Assembly (NCBI RefSeq): GCF_003991155.1
Contig: NZ_CP031293.1
DNA: 64,000 bases
Origin: Escherichia coli
GTDB lineage: Bacteria; Pseudomonadota; Gammaproteobacteria; Enterobacterales; Enterobacteriaceae
Reading direction: 5' to 3' (one strand)
Shown here one piece after another: positions 27,530-47,148 of this stretch; positions within the stretch are counted from its first letter, which is position 1, and each line of letters starts with the position of its first letter. Under the pieces are notes generated by a model. The model did no database searches and had not been told where the DNA came from. It was given only the letters and a program-made list of their open reading frames with translations. The position numbers and the translations under genes were made by a program.

Positions 27530-29230
27530 ATGCGACTGCTCAACCGTCTTAACCAGTATCAACGTCTGTGGCAACCTTCCGCCGGAAAGCCGCAAACCGT
27601 CACAGTCAGCGAACTGGCCGAACGCTGTTTTTGCAGCGAACGCCATGTTCGTACGCTGTTACGCCAGGCACAGGAGGCGGGATGGCTGGAGTGGCAGGCG
27701 CAGTCAGGACGCGGAAAGCGCGGTCAACTACGCTTTCTGGTCACGCCAGAATCGCTACGAAATGCGATGATGGAACAGGCGCTGGAAACCGGAAAGCAGC
27801 AAGATGTGCTGGAGCTGGCGCAACTGGCCCCAGGTGAGCTGCGCACTCTGTTACAGCCGTTTATGGGCGGACAATGGCAAAATGATACGCCCACGTTGCG
27901 TATTCCCTACTATCGCCCGCTCGAACCGCTACAACCGGGCTTTTTGCCCGGTCGTGCCGAGCAGCATCTCGCCGGACAGATATTTTCCGGCCTGACCCGC
28001 TTCGATAATAATACCCAGCGCCCGATTGGCGATTTAGCGCATCACTGGGAAACCTCTACTGACGGGTTACGCTGGGATTTTTATCTTCGCTCAACCTTAC
28101 ACTGGCATAACGGCGATGCAGTAAAAGCCTCCCACTTACACCAGCGGTTATTGATGCTGTTACAACTGCCAGCACTGGATCAATTATTTATTAGCGTGAA
28201 GCGTATTGAAGTCACCCATCCGCAGTGTCTGACCTTCTTTTTACATCGCCCCGATTACTGGCTTGCGCACCGGCTGGCGAGCTATTGCAGCCATCTGGCG
28301 CATCCGCAATTCCCCCTGATCGGCACAGGTCCTTTTCGCTTAACACAATTCACAGCGGAACTGGTGCGCCTGGAGAGCCATGATTATTACCATTTACGTC
28401 ATCCGCTGCTTAAAGCGGTTGAGTACTGGATAACTCCGCCGCTTTTCGAAAAAGATTTGGGAACCAGTTGTCGGCATCCCGTGCAAATCACCATCGGCAA
28501 ACCGGAGGAGCTGCAACGGGTCAGCCAGGTCAGTAGTGGCATCAGTTTAGGTTTTTGCTATTTAACGTTGCGCAAAAGTCCCCGACTGTCCCTCTGGCAG
28601 GCGCGAAAAGTGATCTCCATTATTCATCAATCCGGTTTATTACAAACGTTAGAAGTCGGAGAAAACCTGATCACCGCCAGTCATGCATTACTGCCAGGCT
28701 GGACTATTCCGCAATGGCAAGTACCGGATGAGGTCAAACTACCGAAAACCTTGACGCTGGTTTATCACCTACCGATAGAACTTCATACCATGGCAGAACG
28801 TCTACAGGCGACACTGGCAGCGGAAGGCTGTGAACTCACAATTATTTTTCATAACGCAAAAAACTGGGACGACACGACCCTACTGGCACACGCAGACCTC
28901 ATGATGGGCGACAGATTAATTGGCGAAGCACCGGAATATACCCTGGAGCAATGGCTGCGTTGCGATCCACTGTGGCCACATGTTTTCGACGCTCCAGCAT
29001 ATGCACATTTGCAATCGACACTGGACGCGGTGCAAGTAATGCCTGATGAGGAAAACCGATTTAATGCCCTGAAAGCGGTTTTTAGCCAGTTAATGGCAGA
29101 CGCGACGCTGACGCCGCTATTCAACTATCACTATCGCATTAGTGCCCCTCCCGGCGTGAACGGTGTGCGACTGACACCGCGCGGCTGGTTTGAATTTACC
29201 GAAGCCTGGCTTCCCGCGCCGTCGCAATGA
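27530..29230 (+). CDS. ybaE: Uncharacterized protein YbaE (N-terminal wHTH plus solute-binding-protein-like domain)
   Basis: ORF 27515..29230; start placed at ATG 27530 (MRLLNRLNQYQRLWQPSAGKPQTVTVSELAERCF). Confidence 0.85.
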   Translation: MRLLNRLNQYQRLWQPSAGKPQTVTVSELAERCFCSERHVRTLLRQAQEAGWLEWQAQSGRGKRGQLRFLVTPESLRNAMMEQALETGKQQDVLELAQLAPGELRTLLQPFMGGQWQNDTPTLRIPYYRPLEPLQPGFLPGRAEQHLAGQIFSGLTRFDNNTQRPIGDLAHHWETSTDGLRWDFYLRSTLHWHNGDAVKASHLHQRLLMLLQLPALDQLFISVKRIEVTHPQCLTFFLHRPDYWLAHRLASYCSHLAHPQFPLIGTGPFRLTQFTAELVRLESHDYYHLRHPLLKAVEYWITPPLFEKDLGTSCRHPVQITIGKPEELQRVSQVSSGISLGFCYLTLRKSPRLSLWQARKVISIIHQSGLLQTLEVGENLITASHALLPGWTIPQWQVPDEVKLPKTLTLVYHLPIELHTMAERLQATLAAEGCELTIIFHNAKNWDDTTLLAHADLMMGDRLIGEAPEYTLEQWLRCDPLWPHVFDAPAYAHLQSTLDAVQVMPDEENRFNALKAVFSQLMADATLTPLFNYHYRISAPPGVNGVRLTPRGWFEFTEAWLPAPSQ

Positions 29231-29294
29231 ATAGCTGGTCCGGGTTAATCGCAGGCGTTACCATAACGCTTTTATTGTTCAAGCAGGATTATCT

Positions 29295-29990
29295 ATGAAA
29301 CGTGCTGTCGTTGTGTTCAGTGGAGGCCAGGATTCCACCACCTGTCTGGTGCAGGCATTACAACAATATGATGAAGTCCATTGCGTGACGTTCGATTACG
29401 GTCAGCGACATCGCGCAGAAATCGACGTGGCACGCGAACTGGCGCTGAAACTGGGGGCACGCGCGCATAAGGTTCTTGATGTAACGCTGCTCAACGAGCT
29501 GGCGGTCAGCAGCCTGACGCGTGACAGCATTCCAGTGCCTGATTATGAACCTGAAGCTGATGGCATCCCGAATACGTTTGTCCCTGGGCGTAATATTTTG
29601 TTCCTGACACTGGCGGCAATATATGCGTATCAGGTAAAAGCAGAAGCGGTGATTACCGGCGTCTGCGAAACGGATTTCTCCGGCTACCCGGATTGCCGCG
29701 ATGAGTTTGTGAAAGCACTAAACCATGCCGTCAGTTTAGGCATGGCGAAAGATATTCGTTTTGAAACGCCGCTGATGTGGATTGATAAAGCGGAAACCTG
29801 GGCGCTGGCAGATTATTACGGCAAGCTGGATTTAGTCCGTAACGAAACGCTGACCTGCTATAACGGCATTAAAGGCGACGGTTGCGGTCATTGTGCGGCA
29901 TGTAATTTACGCGCCAACGGTTTGAATCATTATCTGGCCGATAAACCGACGGTGATGGCAGCGATGAAGCAGAAAACCGGGTTGAATTAA
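29295..29990 (+). CDS. queC: 7-cyano-7-deazaguanine synthase QueC
   Basis: 231-aa [42 protein letters not shown] (PP-loop SGGxDS) and C-terminal Zn-binding CxxC...C. Confidence 0.95.
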
Positions 29991-30002
29991 TTATTCCGGG
30001 TG

Positions 30003-30032
30003 TCGCCGGATGCGGCTTGAGCATCCGGCACC
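30003..30032. repeat. REP-like palindromic unit downstream of queC
   Basis: GTCGCCGGATGCGGCTTGAGCATCCGGCACC; GCCGGATGC / GCATCCGGC arms. Confidence 0.7.
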
Positions 30033-30041
30033 ACAAAACGT

Positions 30042-30440
30042 TTACTTAACCATCTGCTCCAGCTTTTCGCGCAATTCCCCTTCCAGAGCTAATGCTTTCT
30101 GCGTTTTAAGATCAATACAAACAAACGTAATAAGCGCATCCGCTACTACCTGCCCTTCCGGCTCCAGTGTAATGACCTGGCTTAAGATGCCACTTTTACC
30201 GTTTAATTGCTGCAACTGACTGGTAATAGTTAACAGGTCGCTTAATACCGCCGGGCGACGATAGTTAATATTGATATTGACCACGACGAAGGCGATGTTA
30301 TGGGCCGTCATCCACTGAAAACTGTCGCTATTTTCCAACCCATCCCAGCGGGCTTCTTCGAGAAATTCAAGGTAGCGGGCGTTGTTTACGTGCTGGTAAA
30401 CGTCGAGATGATATCCACGAACTTTGATTTGTGTTTGCAT
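30042..30440 (-). CDS. fadM: Long-chain acyl-CoA thioesterase III FadM (YbaW)
   Basis: 132-aa ORF MQTQIKVRGYHLDVYQHVNNARYLEFLEEARW (hot-dog fold thioesterase). Confidence 0.92.
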   Translation of the reverse strand: MQTQIKVRGYHLDVYQHVNNARYLEFLEEARWDGLENSDSFQWMTAHNIAFVVVNININYRRPAVLSDLLTITSQLQQLNGKSGILSQVITLEPEGQVVADALITFVCIDLKTQKALALEGELREKLEQMVK

Positions 30441-30493
30441 AGCGCAATAACCTTACGTTGTTTTTATAAAAACTGTTATAAGTACAGAGGTCA

Positions 30494-32939
<2,446 letters not shown>

Positions 32940-33068
32940 GGTGTAACAACACTCCGCTGTAGATGACTGTGTACCTCACGCAACGTATCGATGCGCGCAA
33001 AGGCCTATTGTGACAAGAAACGGGGGCAATTGTCAGCCCACAAGACGCAGAAAGTCACCGATTACAAA

Positions 33069-33096
33069 TAAAAAAGGCACATCAGTAGATGCGCCC
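33069..33096 (-). terminator. Intrinsic terminator of hupB
   Basis: Minus-strand GGCGCAUC-UACU-GAUGUGCC followed by UUUUUUAUUUG, about 35 nt after the hupB stop. Confidence 0.75.
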
Positions 33097-33130
33097 TTGA
33101 ACTTCGTCACATCCCCACTGGGGACAACGC

Positions 33131-33403
33131 TTAGTTTACCGCGTCTTTCAGTGCTTTACCTGCACGGAAGCTCGGTACTTTAGCGGCAGCGATGGTGATC
33201 TCTTTACCGGTCTGCGGGTTGCGGCCAGTACGGGCAGCACGCTCTTTAACGGCAAAAGTACCAAAACCTACCAGTGCTACATCATCCCCTTCTTTCAGAG
33301 ATTCAGTTACGGAAGCAATAATAGCATCTAACGCACGGCCAGCCGCAGCTTTAGAGATATCAGCCCCTGCAGCAATCTTGTCGATCAATTGAGATTTATT
33401 CAC
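33131..33403 (-). CDS. hupB: DNA-binding protein HU-beta
   Basis: 90-aa [93 protein letters not shown]. Confidence 0.97.
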
Positions 33404-33542
33404 TCTTCTCTTCCTCTTTATAATTTATATCGCACTTGAATCCTTCAAGGTACGAACGCGCAGCAGTTATATCAGGCCAGCCATCCCCTTACAACACCCC
33501 TTAATAAGGGCAAGCCCAATCCGCCATCTAACTTAGCGAGAC

Positions 33543-33588
33543 AAAAAAAGGCTGGCAAGTCCGAATTAGCCTGCCAGCCCAGTTTTTA
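33543..33588 (-). terminator. Intrinsic terminator downstream of lon (palindrome flanked by A- and T-tracts, potentially bidirectional)
   Basis: AAAAAAAGGCTGGCA...TGCCAGCCCAGTTTTTATT; 8-bp stem GGCTGGCA/TGCCAGCC. Confidence 0.7.
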
Positions 33589-33611
33589 TTAGTGCATTTT
33601 GCGCGAGGTCA

Positions 33612-35966
33612 CTATTTTGCAGTCACAACCTGCATGCCAGACGGTTCATTTTGCAGCGCCAGAGTCAGAACTTCCTCAATGCGTTTCACAGGATGAATAT
33701 CCAGATCGGCAATTACGTTGTCAGGAATCTCTTCCAGATCGCGTTTATTTTCGAACGGAATTAACACTGTTTTAATCCCGCCGCGATGCGCTGCCAGTAG
33801 TTTTTCTTTCAAACCACCGATAGGCAGTACCTGACCACGCAGAGTGATCTCACCGGTCATTGCCACATCGGCACGAACCGGGTTACCGGTCAGGCAAGAA
33901 ACCAGCGCGGTGCACATAGCAATACCGGCACTCGGACCATCTTTCGGCGTCGCACCTTCCGGTACGTGGACGTGGATGTCGCGTTTTTCATAAAAATCAG
34001 GGTTGATCCCCAGTTTTTCCGCACGCGCACGAACCACCGTTAACGCCGCCTGAATGGACTCCTGCATCACTTCGCCAAGCGATCCGGTATAGGTCAGTTT
34101 GCCTTTACCCGGAACGCACGCGGTTTCAATGGTCAGCAAGTCACCGCCCACTTCCGTCCACGCCAGACCAGTTACCTGACCGACACGGTTTTCGTTATCC
34201 GCGCGACCATAGTCGAAACGCTGAACACCGAGATAGTCATGCAGGTTATCGCCGTTAATTTCGATATGTTTTAATGACTTATCGAGCAGTAACTGCTTAA
34301 CCGCTTTGCGACACAGTTTGGAGATTTCACGCTCCAGACCACGCACGCCCGCCTCACGGGTGTAGTAACGAATAATGCCGATAATGGCGCTATCGTCGAC
34401 GGTCAGCTCACCTTTTTTCAGTGCATTACGTTCAATCTGCTTCGGCAGCAGGTGACGTTTGGCGATGTTCAGTTTTTCATCTTCGGTATAACCGGAGAGG
34501 CGAATCACTTCCATACGATCCAGCAGCGGTGCCGGAATGTTCATGGAGTTCGACGTCGCGACAAACATCACGTCGCTAAGGTCGTAATCCACTTCCAGGT
34601 AGTGGTCGCTGAACGCTACGTTCTGCTCTGGATCCAGCACTTCAAGCAGTGCGGAAGCCGGATCGCCTCGCATGTCAGAAGACATTTTGTCGATCTCATC
34701 GAGCAGGAACAGCGGGTTTTTCACGCCCACTTTCGCCATTTTCTGGATCAGTTTACCCGGCATAGAACCGATGTAAGTACGGCGGTGACCACGGATTTCC
34801 GCTTCATCACGCACGCCGCCCAGCGCCATACGGACATATTTACGCCCGGTGGCTTTGGCGATGGACTGCCCCAGGGACGTTTTACCTACCCCCGGTGGCC
34901 CTACCAGGCAGAGGATCGGTCCCTTGATTTTGTTGACACGGCTTTGAACCGCAAGATACTCAAGGATGCGATCTTTCACGCGCTCCAGACCATAATGGTC
35001 GGTATCAAGGATTTCCTGCGCCTGACGCAGGTCTTTTTTGACCTTGCTACGCGCATTCCACGGTACCTGTACCATCCAGTCGATATAACCACGCACTACG
35101 GTCGCTTCTGCCGACATCGGAGACATCATTTTCAGCTTCTGCAACTCTGCTTCCGCTTTCTCTTTTGCCTCTTTCGGCATTTTCGCCGCGTCGATTTTGC
35201 GCTTCAGGGCTTCGTTTTCGTCCGGCGCGTCGTCCATTTCACCGAGTTCTTTCTGAATAGCTTTCATTTGCTCGTTCAGATAGTACTCACGCTGGGATTT
35301 CTCCATCTGCTTTTTAACACGGTTGCGAATGCGTTTCTCAACCTGCAGCAGATCGATTTCCGATTCCATCATTGCCATCAGATATTCCAGACGTTCGTTA
35401 ACGTCGGACATCTCCAGAACGGACTGTTTGTCAGCCAGTTTCAGCGGCATATGTGCAGCAATGGTATCCGCCAGACGCGCCGGATCGTCGATGCTATTCA
35501 GCGACGTCAGCACTTCTGGTGGAATTTTTTTGTTCAGCTTGATGTAGCCTTCGAACTGGCTGATTGCAGTACGCACCAGCACTTCCTGTTCCCGCTCATC
35601 AATGGTCGGCGACTCCAGATACTCCGCCTTCGCAGAAAAGTGTTCGCCATTGTCAGAGAGCGCAGAAATACGCGCGCGCTGTAACCCCTCGACCAGCACT
35701 TTGACGGTGCCGTCAGGCAGTTTCAGCATCTGCAATATAGAGGCCACGGTCCCGACGGTGAAAAGATCGTTTACACCCGGCTCATCCGTTGAAGCTTCTT
35801 TCTGCGCGACCAGCATAATTTTTTTATCATGGTCCATCGCCGCTTCCAGACAACGGATAGATTTTTCCCGCCCGACAAATAAGGGGATGACCATGTGCGG
35901 ATAAACCACCACATCGCGCAGCGGCAATACGGGGATTTCAATGCGTTCAGAACGCTCAGGATTCAT
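33612..35966 (-). CDS. lon: ATP-dependent protease Lon
   Basis: ORF 33612..36011; canonical start [37 protein letters not shown] at 35964-35966 (784 aa); Walker [10 protein letters not shown]; catalytic S in PKDGPSAG. Confidence 0.96.
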   Translation of the reverse strand: MNPERSERIEIPVLPLRDVVVYPHMVIPLFVGREKSIRCLEAAMDHDKKIMLVAQKEASTDEPGVNDLFTVGTVASILQMLKLPDGTVKVLVEGLQRARISALSDNGEHFSAKAEYLESPTIDEREQEVLVRTAISQFEGYIKLNKKIPPEVLTSLNSIDDPARLADTIAAHMPLKLADKQSVLEMSDVNERLEYLMAMMESEIDLLQVEKRIRNRVKKQMEKSQREYYLNEQMKAIQKELGEMDDAPDENEALKRKIDAAKMPKEAKEKAEAELQKLKMMSPMSAEATVVRGYIDWMVQVPWNARSKVKKDLRQAQEILDTDHYGLERVKDRILEYLAVQSRVNKIKGPILCLVGPPGVGKTSLGQSIAKATGRKYVRMALGGVRDEAEIRGHRRTYIGSMPGKLIQKMAKVGVKNPLFLLDEIDKMSSDMRGDPASALLEVLDPEQNVAFSDHYLEVDYDLSDVMFVATSNSMNIPAPLLDRMEVIRLSGYTEDEKLNIAKRHLLPKQIERNALKKGELTVDDSAIIGIIRYYTREAGVRGLEREISKLCRKAVKQLLLDKSLKHIEINGDNLHDYLGVQRFDYGRADNENRVGQVTGLAWTEVGGDLLTIETACVPGKGKLTYTGSLGEVMQESIQAALTVVRARAEKLGINPDFYEKRDIHVHVPEGATPKDGPSAGIAMCTALVSCLTGNPVRADVAMTGEITLRGQVLPIGGLKEKLLAAHRGGIKTVLIPFENKRDLEEIPDNVIADLDIHPVKRIEEVLTLALQNEPSGMQVVTAK

Positions 35967-36153
35967 AGAGCTCTCTCTTAGTTTAATTTCCGCCAGGTAA
36001 TCAGATGACACGACTGTGCTTCACGCCATCTATTAACATGTACGTCAGTATATGGGGATGTTTCCCCCACATTCAACGCCGAGAATAGAGGAAAAATTAA
36101 AGGGGAGATAAAATCCCCCCTTTTTGGTTAACTAATTGTATGGGAATGGTTAA

Positions 36154-37428
36154 TTATTCACCAGATGCCTGTTGCGCTTCCGGCTTGCCATAAATCAGCA
36201 ACGGCTTGCTTTGACCATCAATTACCGATTCGTCGATAACCACTTTTTCGACGTCTTCCATGGACGGCAGATCGTACATGGTATCGAGCAGTGCGGCTTC
36301 TACGATGGAACGCAGGCCACGGGCACCGGTTTTACGCGCCATCGCTTTCTTAGCGATAGCATCCAGCGCCTCGTCACGGAATTCCAGATCCACGCCTTCC
36401 AGATTAAACAGCGCCTGATACTGCTTGGTCAGGGCGTTTTTCGGCTCTTTGAGGATCTGAATCAGAGCTTCTTCGCTCAGTTCATTCAACGTTGCGACAA
36501 CCGGCAGACGACCAATGAACTCAGGGATCAGACCAAACTTGATCAGATCTTCCGGTTCAACCTGCGCCAGCAGTTCACCTTCGCTTGCTTTGTCGGACTT
36601 CGCTTTTACCGTCGCGCCAAAACCAATGCCGGAACCGGTTTCTACACGATGGGAAATCACTTTATCCAGACCGGCAAACGCACCGCCACAGATAAACAGG
36701 ATCTTAGAGGTATCAACCTGCAAGAATTCCTGCTGCGGATGTTTACGCCCACCTTGCGGCGGAACAGCAGCTACCGTACCTTCGATCAGTTTTAACAGTG
36801 CCTGCTGTACGCCTTCACCGGAAACGTCTCGGGTAATGGACGGGTTGTCTGACTTACGAGAAATCTTGTCAATTTCATCGATGTAGACAATCCCGCGCTG
36901 CGCTTTCTGTACGTCGTAATCGCACTTCTGCAACAGCTTCTGAATGATGTTTTCAACGTCTTCGCCCACATAACCGGCTTCGGTCAGCGTGGTTGCGTCA
37001 GCCATGGTGAACGGAACGTCCAGCAGGCGCGCCAGCGTTTCGGCCAGCAGCGTTTTACCGGAACCGGTCGGACCGATCAGCAGAATGTTACTTTTGCCCA
37101 ACTCGACGCCATTGCTGGTATCTCCGTTGCGCAGACGTTTGTAGTGGTTGTATACCGCGACCGCCAGCACTTTTTTCGCCTGTTCCTGACCGATAACGTA
37201 ATCGTCCAGGTGGTTGCGAATTTCATGCGGCGTCGGTAGCGCACTGCGTTCACGATGCGGTGCAACTTCTTTAATCTCTTCGCGAATGATGTCGTTACAT
37301 AAATCAACACATTCGTCGCAGATATACACGGATGGACCGGCAATCAGCTTGCGCACTTCATGCTGGCTTTTGCCGCAAAAAGAGCAATACAGCAATTTGC
37401 CTGAGCCATCTTTGCGTTTATCTGTCAT
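36154..37428 (-). CDS. clpX: ATP-dependent Clp protease ATP-binding subunit ClpX
   Basis: 424-aa [47 protein letters not shown] (zinc-binding domain); Walker A GPTGSGKT. Confidence 0.97.
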
Positions 37429-37553
37429 GGGTCAAAACCTCTTCTTTGTTCTTTGTGCCGCACACGACGACGCAAATGCCATTCTCAGGCGCAAGCCGCT
37501 TACAGCGTTGTGCCGCCCTGGATAAGTATAGCGGCACAGTTGCGCCTCTGGCA

Positions 37554-38177
37554 TCAATTACGATGGGTCAGAATCGAATCGACCAGACCGTATTCCACCG
37601 CTTCAGGGGCGGAAAGGAAGCGATCGCGCTCGGTATCACGTTCAATCTGTTCTAATGATTGACCCGTATGAAGCGCCATAAGTTCATTCATGCGCCCTTT
37701 AACTTTCAGAATTTCACGGGCATGAATTTCGATATCGGTCGCCTGGCCCTGGTAGCCGCCCAACGGCTGGTGAATCATCACGCGCGAATTCGGCAGGCAG
37801 AAACGTTTACCTTTTGCCCCTGCAGTCAGCAAGAAAGCGCCCATCGAGGCCGCCTGGCCCATACAGATGGTGCTGACATCAGGCTTGATAAACTGCATGG
37901 TGTCATAGATAGACATCCCGGCAGTAATCACCCCGCCTGGAGAGTTAATGTACAGATAGATATCTTTTTCTGGGTTTTCTGCTTCCAGGAACAGCATCTG
38001 CGCCACAATCAGGTTAGCCATGTGGTCTTCAACCTGGCCAGTCAGAAAAATGACGCGTTCCTTAAGTAGACGAGAATAGATATCAAAAGAGCGCTCACCT
38101 CGTGAGGTCTGTTCAATGACCATCGGCACCAGCGCCATATGGGGTGCAAAGTTATCTCGTTCGCCGCTGTATGACAT
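37554..38177 (-). CDS. clpP: ATP-dependent Clp protease proteolytic subunit ClpP
   Basis: 207-aa [52 protein letters not shown]. Confidence 0.97.
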   Translation of the reverse strand: MSYSGERDNFAPHMALVPMVIEQTSRGERSFDIYSRLLKERVIFLTGQVEDHMANLIVAQMLFLEAENPEKDIYLYINSPGGVITAGMSIYDTMQFIKPDVSTICMGQAASMGAFLLTAGAKGKRFCLPNSRVMIHQPLGGYQGQATDIEIHAREILKVKGRMNELMALHTGQSLEQIERDTERDRFLSAPEAVEYGLVDSILTHRN

Positions 38178-38356
38178 TTCCGTCTCCTGGATAAAATTGA
38201 AAAAACCTGCTGTACCGATTGTAACCTTATGGACGGATTATCAGCTAGTCCCTGTGTTATGGGTACGGCATCACCATATTTCAAGCATAACAATCTTTTG
38301 TTGTTACGCTAACACCGAAAGAGGCTTTTCGCACGGTTCCATGCAAAATTCATGAC

Positions 38357-38390
38357 AAAAAAAAGCCCACCACCTGGCGGTGACGGGCCT
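38357..38390 (-). terminator. Intrinsic terminator of tig
   Basis: Minus-strand GCCCGUCACC-GCCA-GGUGGUGGGC followed by UUUUUUUU, about 33 nt after the tig stop. Confidence 0.8.
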
Positions 38391-38422
38391 TTGTGCGAAT
38401 TTAGCGCGTTATGCTGCGTAAA

Positions 38423-39730
<1,308 letters not shown>

Positions 39731-40064
39731 TCAAAAAATCACAGTGCTCGGTCAACTCTTACCCCGCAAGCACAGGTTGTTGGCTTCGCGGAACCGGGAT
39801 GTTCTTATAATCAATCACATTCCCTGTTACCAGAATCATCCCGAAAGCATTCAAATAGGACGCGGCATTATAGCGGCATCACTTTTATGAGTCGAGAACG
39901 GTTATTGCGCGCTGTCGCGTATTTTTTCACAATTCCCGGGCAATTTTCGTCTGAATGCTGGGCAAAAAGCGCAAAATCCAGACAAAACAAAACGGCCCGC
40001 AGGCCGTTTTTCATAAAATCTTTAGCAACATACTGGAAAAGCGCCGACAGTTGCAAATGCGTTT

Positions 40065-40382
40065 TTACGCGATGCTTCCTGCTCCACGACAGGGAGGAGA
40101 GGCAAAGACGGTATCCTGCAACCCTTCCCACTCCTTAATAGTGTAAGTATGCAGAGCCAGCGCATGAACGGTAGTAGAGAGTTCCTCCGCTAAAGTACTG
40201 TAAATCATTCGATGACGATTCAGAAAACGTTCACCCGTAAAACGATCGCTGACCAGCACAACTTTAAAATGGCTTTCAGAGCCGGCTGGGACATTGTGAC
40301 GATAGCTTTCATCCACTACTTCGAGGAATACGGGTTGGAACGCCGCCCTTAATTTTTCTTCTATCCGCTCACGTATCATCAT
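40065..40382 (-). CDS. bolA: Transcriptional regulator BolA
   Basis: ORF 40065..40415; canonical start [31 protein letters not shown] (105 aa). Confidence 0.92.
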
Positions 40383-40686
40383 GAAATATCTCCTCCGACA
40401 ACGCTGAGATGTCATCCATCCCTTTAAATACTAGCCGCTTTTACCGTTTCCATTGCAGCTTAACAACAAATATTTAGGTTTCGTCCTGGTTTTTCCGTCA
40501 AGCGTATGAAGTTTACTGATTTAAAGATTGAAACACAGGCCTCGCATCAGCGTTTCTTTTACCAGGGGCGATTATTTCGTCAACATGATGAATTTACATG
40601 CCTTACCCACTTCCCCTCGCCGTTGGCAATGTTATGATGGCGGGAATTTTTACCAAACACGCTTAAGAGTCTCTGAGAGCCCGAAC

Positions 40687-41265
40687 ATGTTCAAAAAAAT
40701 CCTCTTCCCGTTAGTTGCTCTGTTTATGCTTGCAGGATGCGCAAAACCGCCAACAACTATTGAAGTTTCACCGACGATAACACTGCCACAGCAGGATCCA
40801 AGCCTGATGGGCGTCACCGTAAGCATTAATGGTGCCGATCAGCGTACCGATCAGGCGCTGGCAAAAGTCACCCGCGATAATCAAATCGTTACCCTGACCG
40901 CCTCCCGCGATCTGCGTTTCCTGCTGCAAGAAGTGCTGGAAAAACAGATGACCGCGCGTGGTTACATGGTTGGTCCGAATGGCCCGGTTAATCTGCAAAT
41001 CATCGTTAGCCAACTGTATGCTGACGTGTCCCAGGGCAACGTGCGCTATAACATCGCCACCAAAGCGGATATCGCTATCATCGCTACCGCGCAGAATGGC
41101 AACAAAATGACCAAAAACTATCGTGCCAGCTACAACGTTGAAGGTGCGTTCCAGGCCTCCAACAAAAATATCGCCGATGCGGTTAACAGTGTGCTGACCG
41201 ATACCATCGCTGATATGTCTCAGGACACCAGCATCCACGAATTCATCAAGCAGAACGCGCGTTAA
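40687..41265 (+). CDS. yajG: Lipoprotein YajG
   Basis: ORF 40528..41265; start placed at ATG 40687 (MFKKILFPLVALFMLAGCAKPPT, lipobox LAGC), 192 aa. Confidence 0.9.
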   Translation: MFKKILFPLVALFMLAGCAKPPTTIEVSPTITLPQQDPSLMGVTVSINGADQRTDQALAKVTRDNQIVTLTASRDLRFLLQEVLEKQMTARGYMVGPNGPVNLQIIVSQLYADVSQGNVRYNIATKADIAIIATAQNGNKMTKNYRASYNVEGAFQASNKNIADAVNSVLTDTIADMSQDTSIHEFIKQNAR

Positions 41266-41308
41266 TTTCTGCCCTCTGGCCCGGTGCAAGCCGGGCCTGT
41301 AGACGCCC

Positions 41309-42784
41309 ATGTCCAGTCAATATTTACGTATTTTTCAACAGCCGCGTTCAGCCATATTGCTGATCCTGGGTTTTGCTTCCGGGCTACCGCTCGCCCTGAC
41401 GTCCGGCACCTTACAGGCCTGGATGACGGTCGAGAATATCGATCTCAAAACCATTGGTTTCTTCTCTCTGGTAGGCCAGGCTTACGTTTTTAAATTCCTC
41501 TGGTCACCACTGATGGACCGCTACACGCCCCCATTTTTCGGGCGGCGGCGCGGTTGGCTGCTCGCCACGCAAATTCTGTTATTAGTCGCCATTGCGGCGA
41601 TGGGTTTTCTCGAACCAGGCACCCAGCTCCGCTGGATGGCGGCACTGGCGGTGGTGATCGCTTTTTGCTCTGCCTCCCAGGATATTGTCTTCGATGCGTG
41701 GAAAACCGATGTGCTCCCGGCAGAAGAACGTGGTGCGGGCGCGGCAATCAGCGTGCTGGGTTACCGTTTAGGGATGCTGGTTTCCGGCGGCTTAGCCCTG
41801 TGGCTGGCAGATAAATGGCTGGGCTGGCAGGGCATGTACTGGTTGATGGCGGCGCTGTTGATCCCCTGTATTATCGCGACGTTACTTGCACCAGAACCCA
41901 CCGACACCATTCCTGTGCCCAAAACGCTGGAACAAGCGGTTGTTGCACCTCTGCGCGATTTCTTTGGTCGCAATAATGCCTGGCTTATTTTGCTTCTTAT
42001 CGTGCTGTATAAGCTGGGCGACGCATTCGCTATGAGCCTGACAACCACGTTTTTGATTCGTGGCGTCGGGTTTGATGCGGGTGAAGTAGGCGTGGTTAAC
42101 AAAACGCTTGGCTTACTGGCGACCATTGTTGGCGCATTGTACGGTGGGATTTTGATGCAGCGCCTGTCGCTGTTCCGTGCACTGCTGATTTTCGGCATTT
42201 TACAAGGTGCATCTAACGCCGGTTACTGGCTGCTGTCGATTACTGATAAGCATCTCTACAGCATGGGTGCAGCCGTCTTTTTCGAAAACCTCTGTGGCGG
42301 GATGGGTACATCAGCCTTTGTCGCGCTGTTAATGACGCTGTGTAATAAGTCATTTTCCGCTACTCAATTTGCCCTGCTCTCAGCGCTTTCTGCTGTAGGG
42401 CGAGTTTATGTCGGCCCCGTGGCGGGTTGGTTTGTTGAAGCACACGGCTGGTCGACATTCTATCTGTTCTCCGTCGCCGCTGCCGTACCAGGGCTTATTT
42501 TACTGCTGATTTGTCGCCAGACGCTTGAATATACACGAGTAAATGACAACTTTATCTCCCGTACCGAATATCCGGCAGGTTATGCCTTTGCCATGTGGAC
42601 ACTGGCGGCGGGCGTCAGCCTGTTGGCCGTGTGGTTACTGCTGTTGACGATGGACGCGCTGGATTTGACGCACTTCTCTTTCCTGCCTGCTCTGCTGGAA
42701 GTCGGGGTTTTAGTCGCCCTTTCTGGCGTCGTGCTTGGTGGTTTACTGGATTATCTGGCGCTACGAAAAACGCATCTGACGTAA
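41309..42784 (+). CDS. ampG: Anhydromuropeptide permease AmpG (MFS)
   Basis: 491-aa ORF MSSQYLRIFQQPRSAILLILGFASGLPLALTSGTLQAWMTVENIDLKTIGFFSLVGQAYVFKFLWSPLMDRY. Confidence 0.95.
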   Translation: MSSQYLRIFQQPRSAILLILGFASGLPLALTSGTLQAWMTVENIDLKTIGFFSLVGQAYVFKFLWSPLMDRYTPPFFGRRRGWLLATQILLLVAIAAMGFLEPGTQLRWMAALAVVIAFCSASQDIVFDAWKTDVLPAEERGAGAAISVLGYRLGMLVSGGLALWLADKWLGWQGMYWLMAALLIPCIIATLLAPEPTDTIPVPKTLEQAVVAPLRDFFGRNNAWLILLLIVLYKLGDAFAMSLTTTFLIRGVGFDAGEVGVVNKTLGLLATIVGALYGGILMQRLSLFRALLIFGILQGASNAGYWLLSITDKHLYSMGAAVFFENLCGGMGTSAFVALLMTLCNKSFSATQFALLSALSAVGRVYVGPVAGWFVEAHGWSTFYLFSVAAAVPGLILLLICRQTLEYTRVNDNFISRTEYPAGYAFAMWTLAAGVSLLAVWLLLLTMDALDLTHFSFLPALLEVGVLVALSGVVLGGLLDYLALRKTHLT

Positions 42785-43243
42785 TCTGTAAATATTATTT
42801 AGCTGTAGTAATCACTCGCCGTAATTATTACGGCTAAATAAACATCAGCATCGCTTATTAATATTTGTTCTTTTGTGCGGCTTAGCGTCTGGAAATTATT
42901 GACGCTATTTATGAATTCTATTTTTCTTACACGATTCAGCTAATGAGTCTTTATTTTCTCACTACCAAGTTGTCACCTTAATGATAATTATTTGTTAAAT
43001 AATTGTTTTATTTCGCATTGGTTATACCAATTGCCAGCCCAGACTCCTTCTGCACTCCCCTTTTGTTATAACGCCCTTTTGCAACAGCTTCTTAAAATCA
43101 ATCCGATATGTTTTGCAACATATGTGACCTGGAAGCCAAATCCAAGTAACAGGAATTTAATCATGTTTACAGTAATGTAACCTTCCCGTAAAATGCCCAC
43201 ACACTTTAAACGCCACCAGATCCCGTGGAATTGAGGTCGTTAA

Positions 43244-44191
<948 letters not shown>

Positions 44192-44200
44192 AGGGGTTGA

Positions 44201-47137
<2,937 letters not shown>

Positions 47138-47148
47138 GAGCGGCGGTT

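Noticed and set aside
34452-35684. 410-aa plus-strand ORF
   Set aside because: Lies entirely antisense to lon with no recognisable motifs; long antisense frames are common opposite highly expressed, codon-biased genes.
36172-36795. 207-aa plus-strand ORF
   Set aside because: Antisense to clpX; no motifs.
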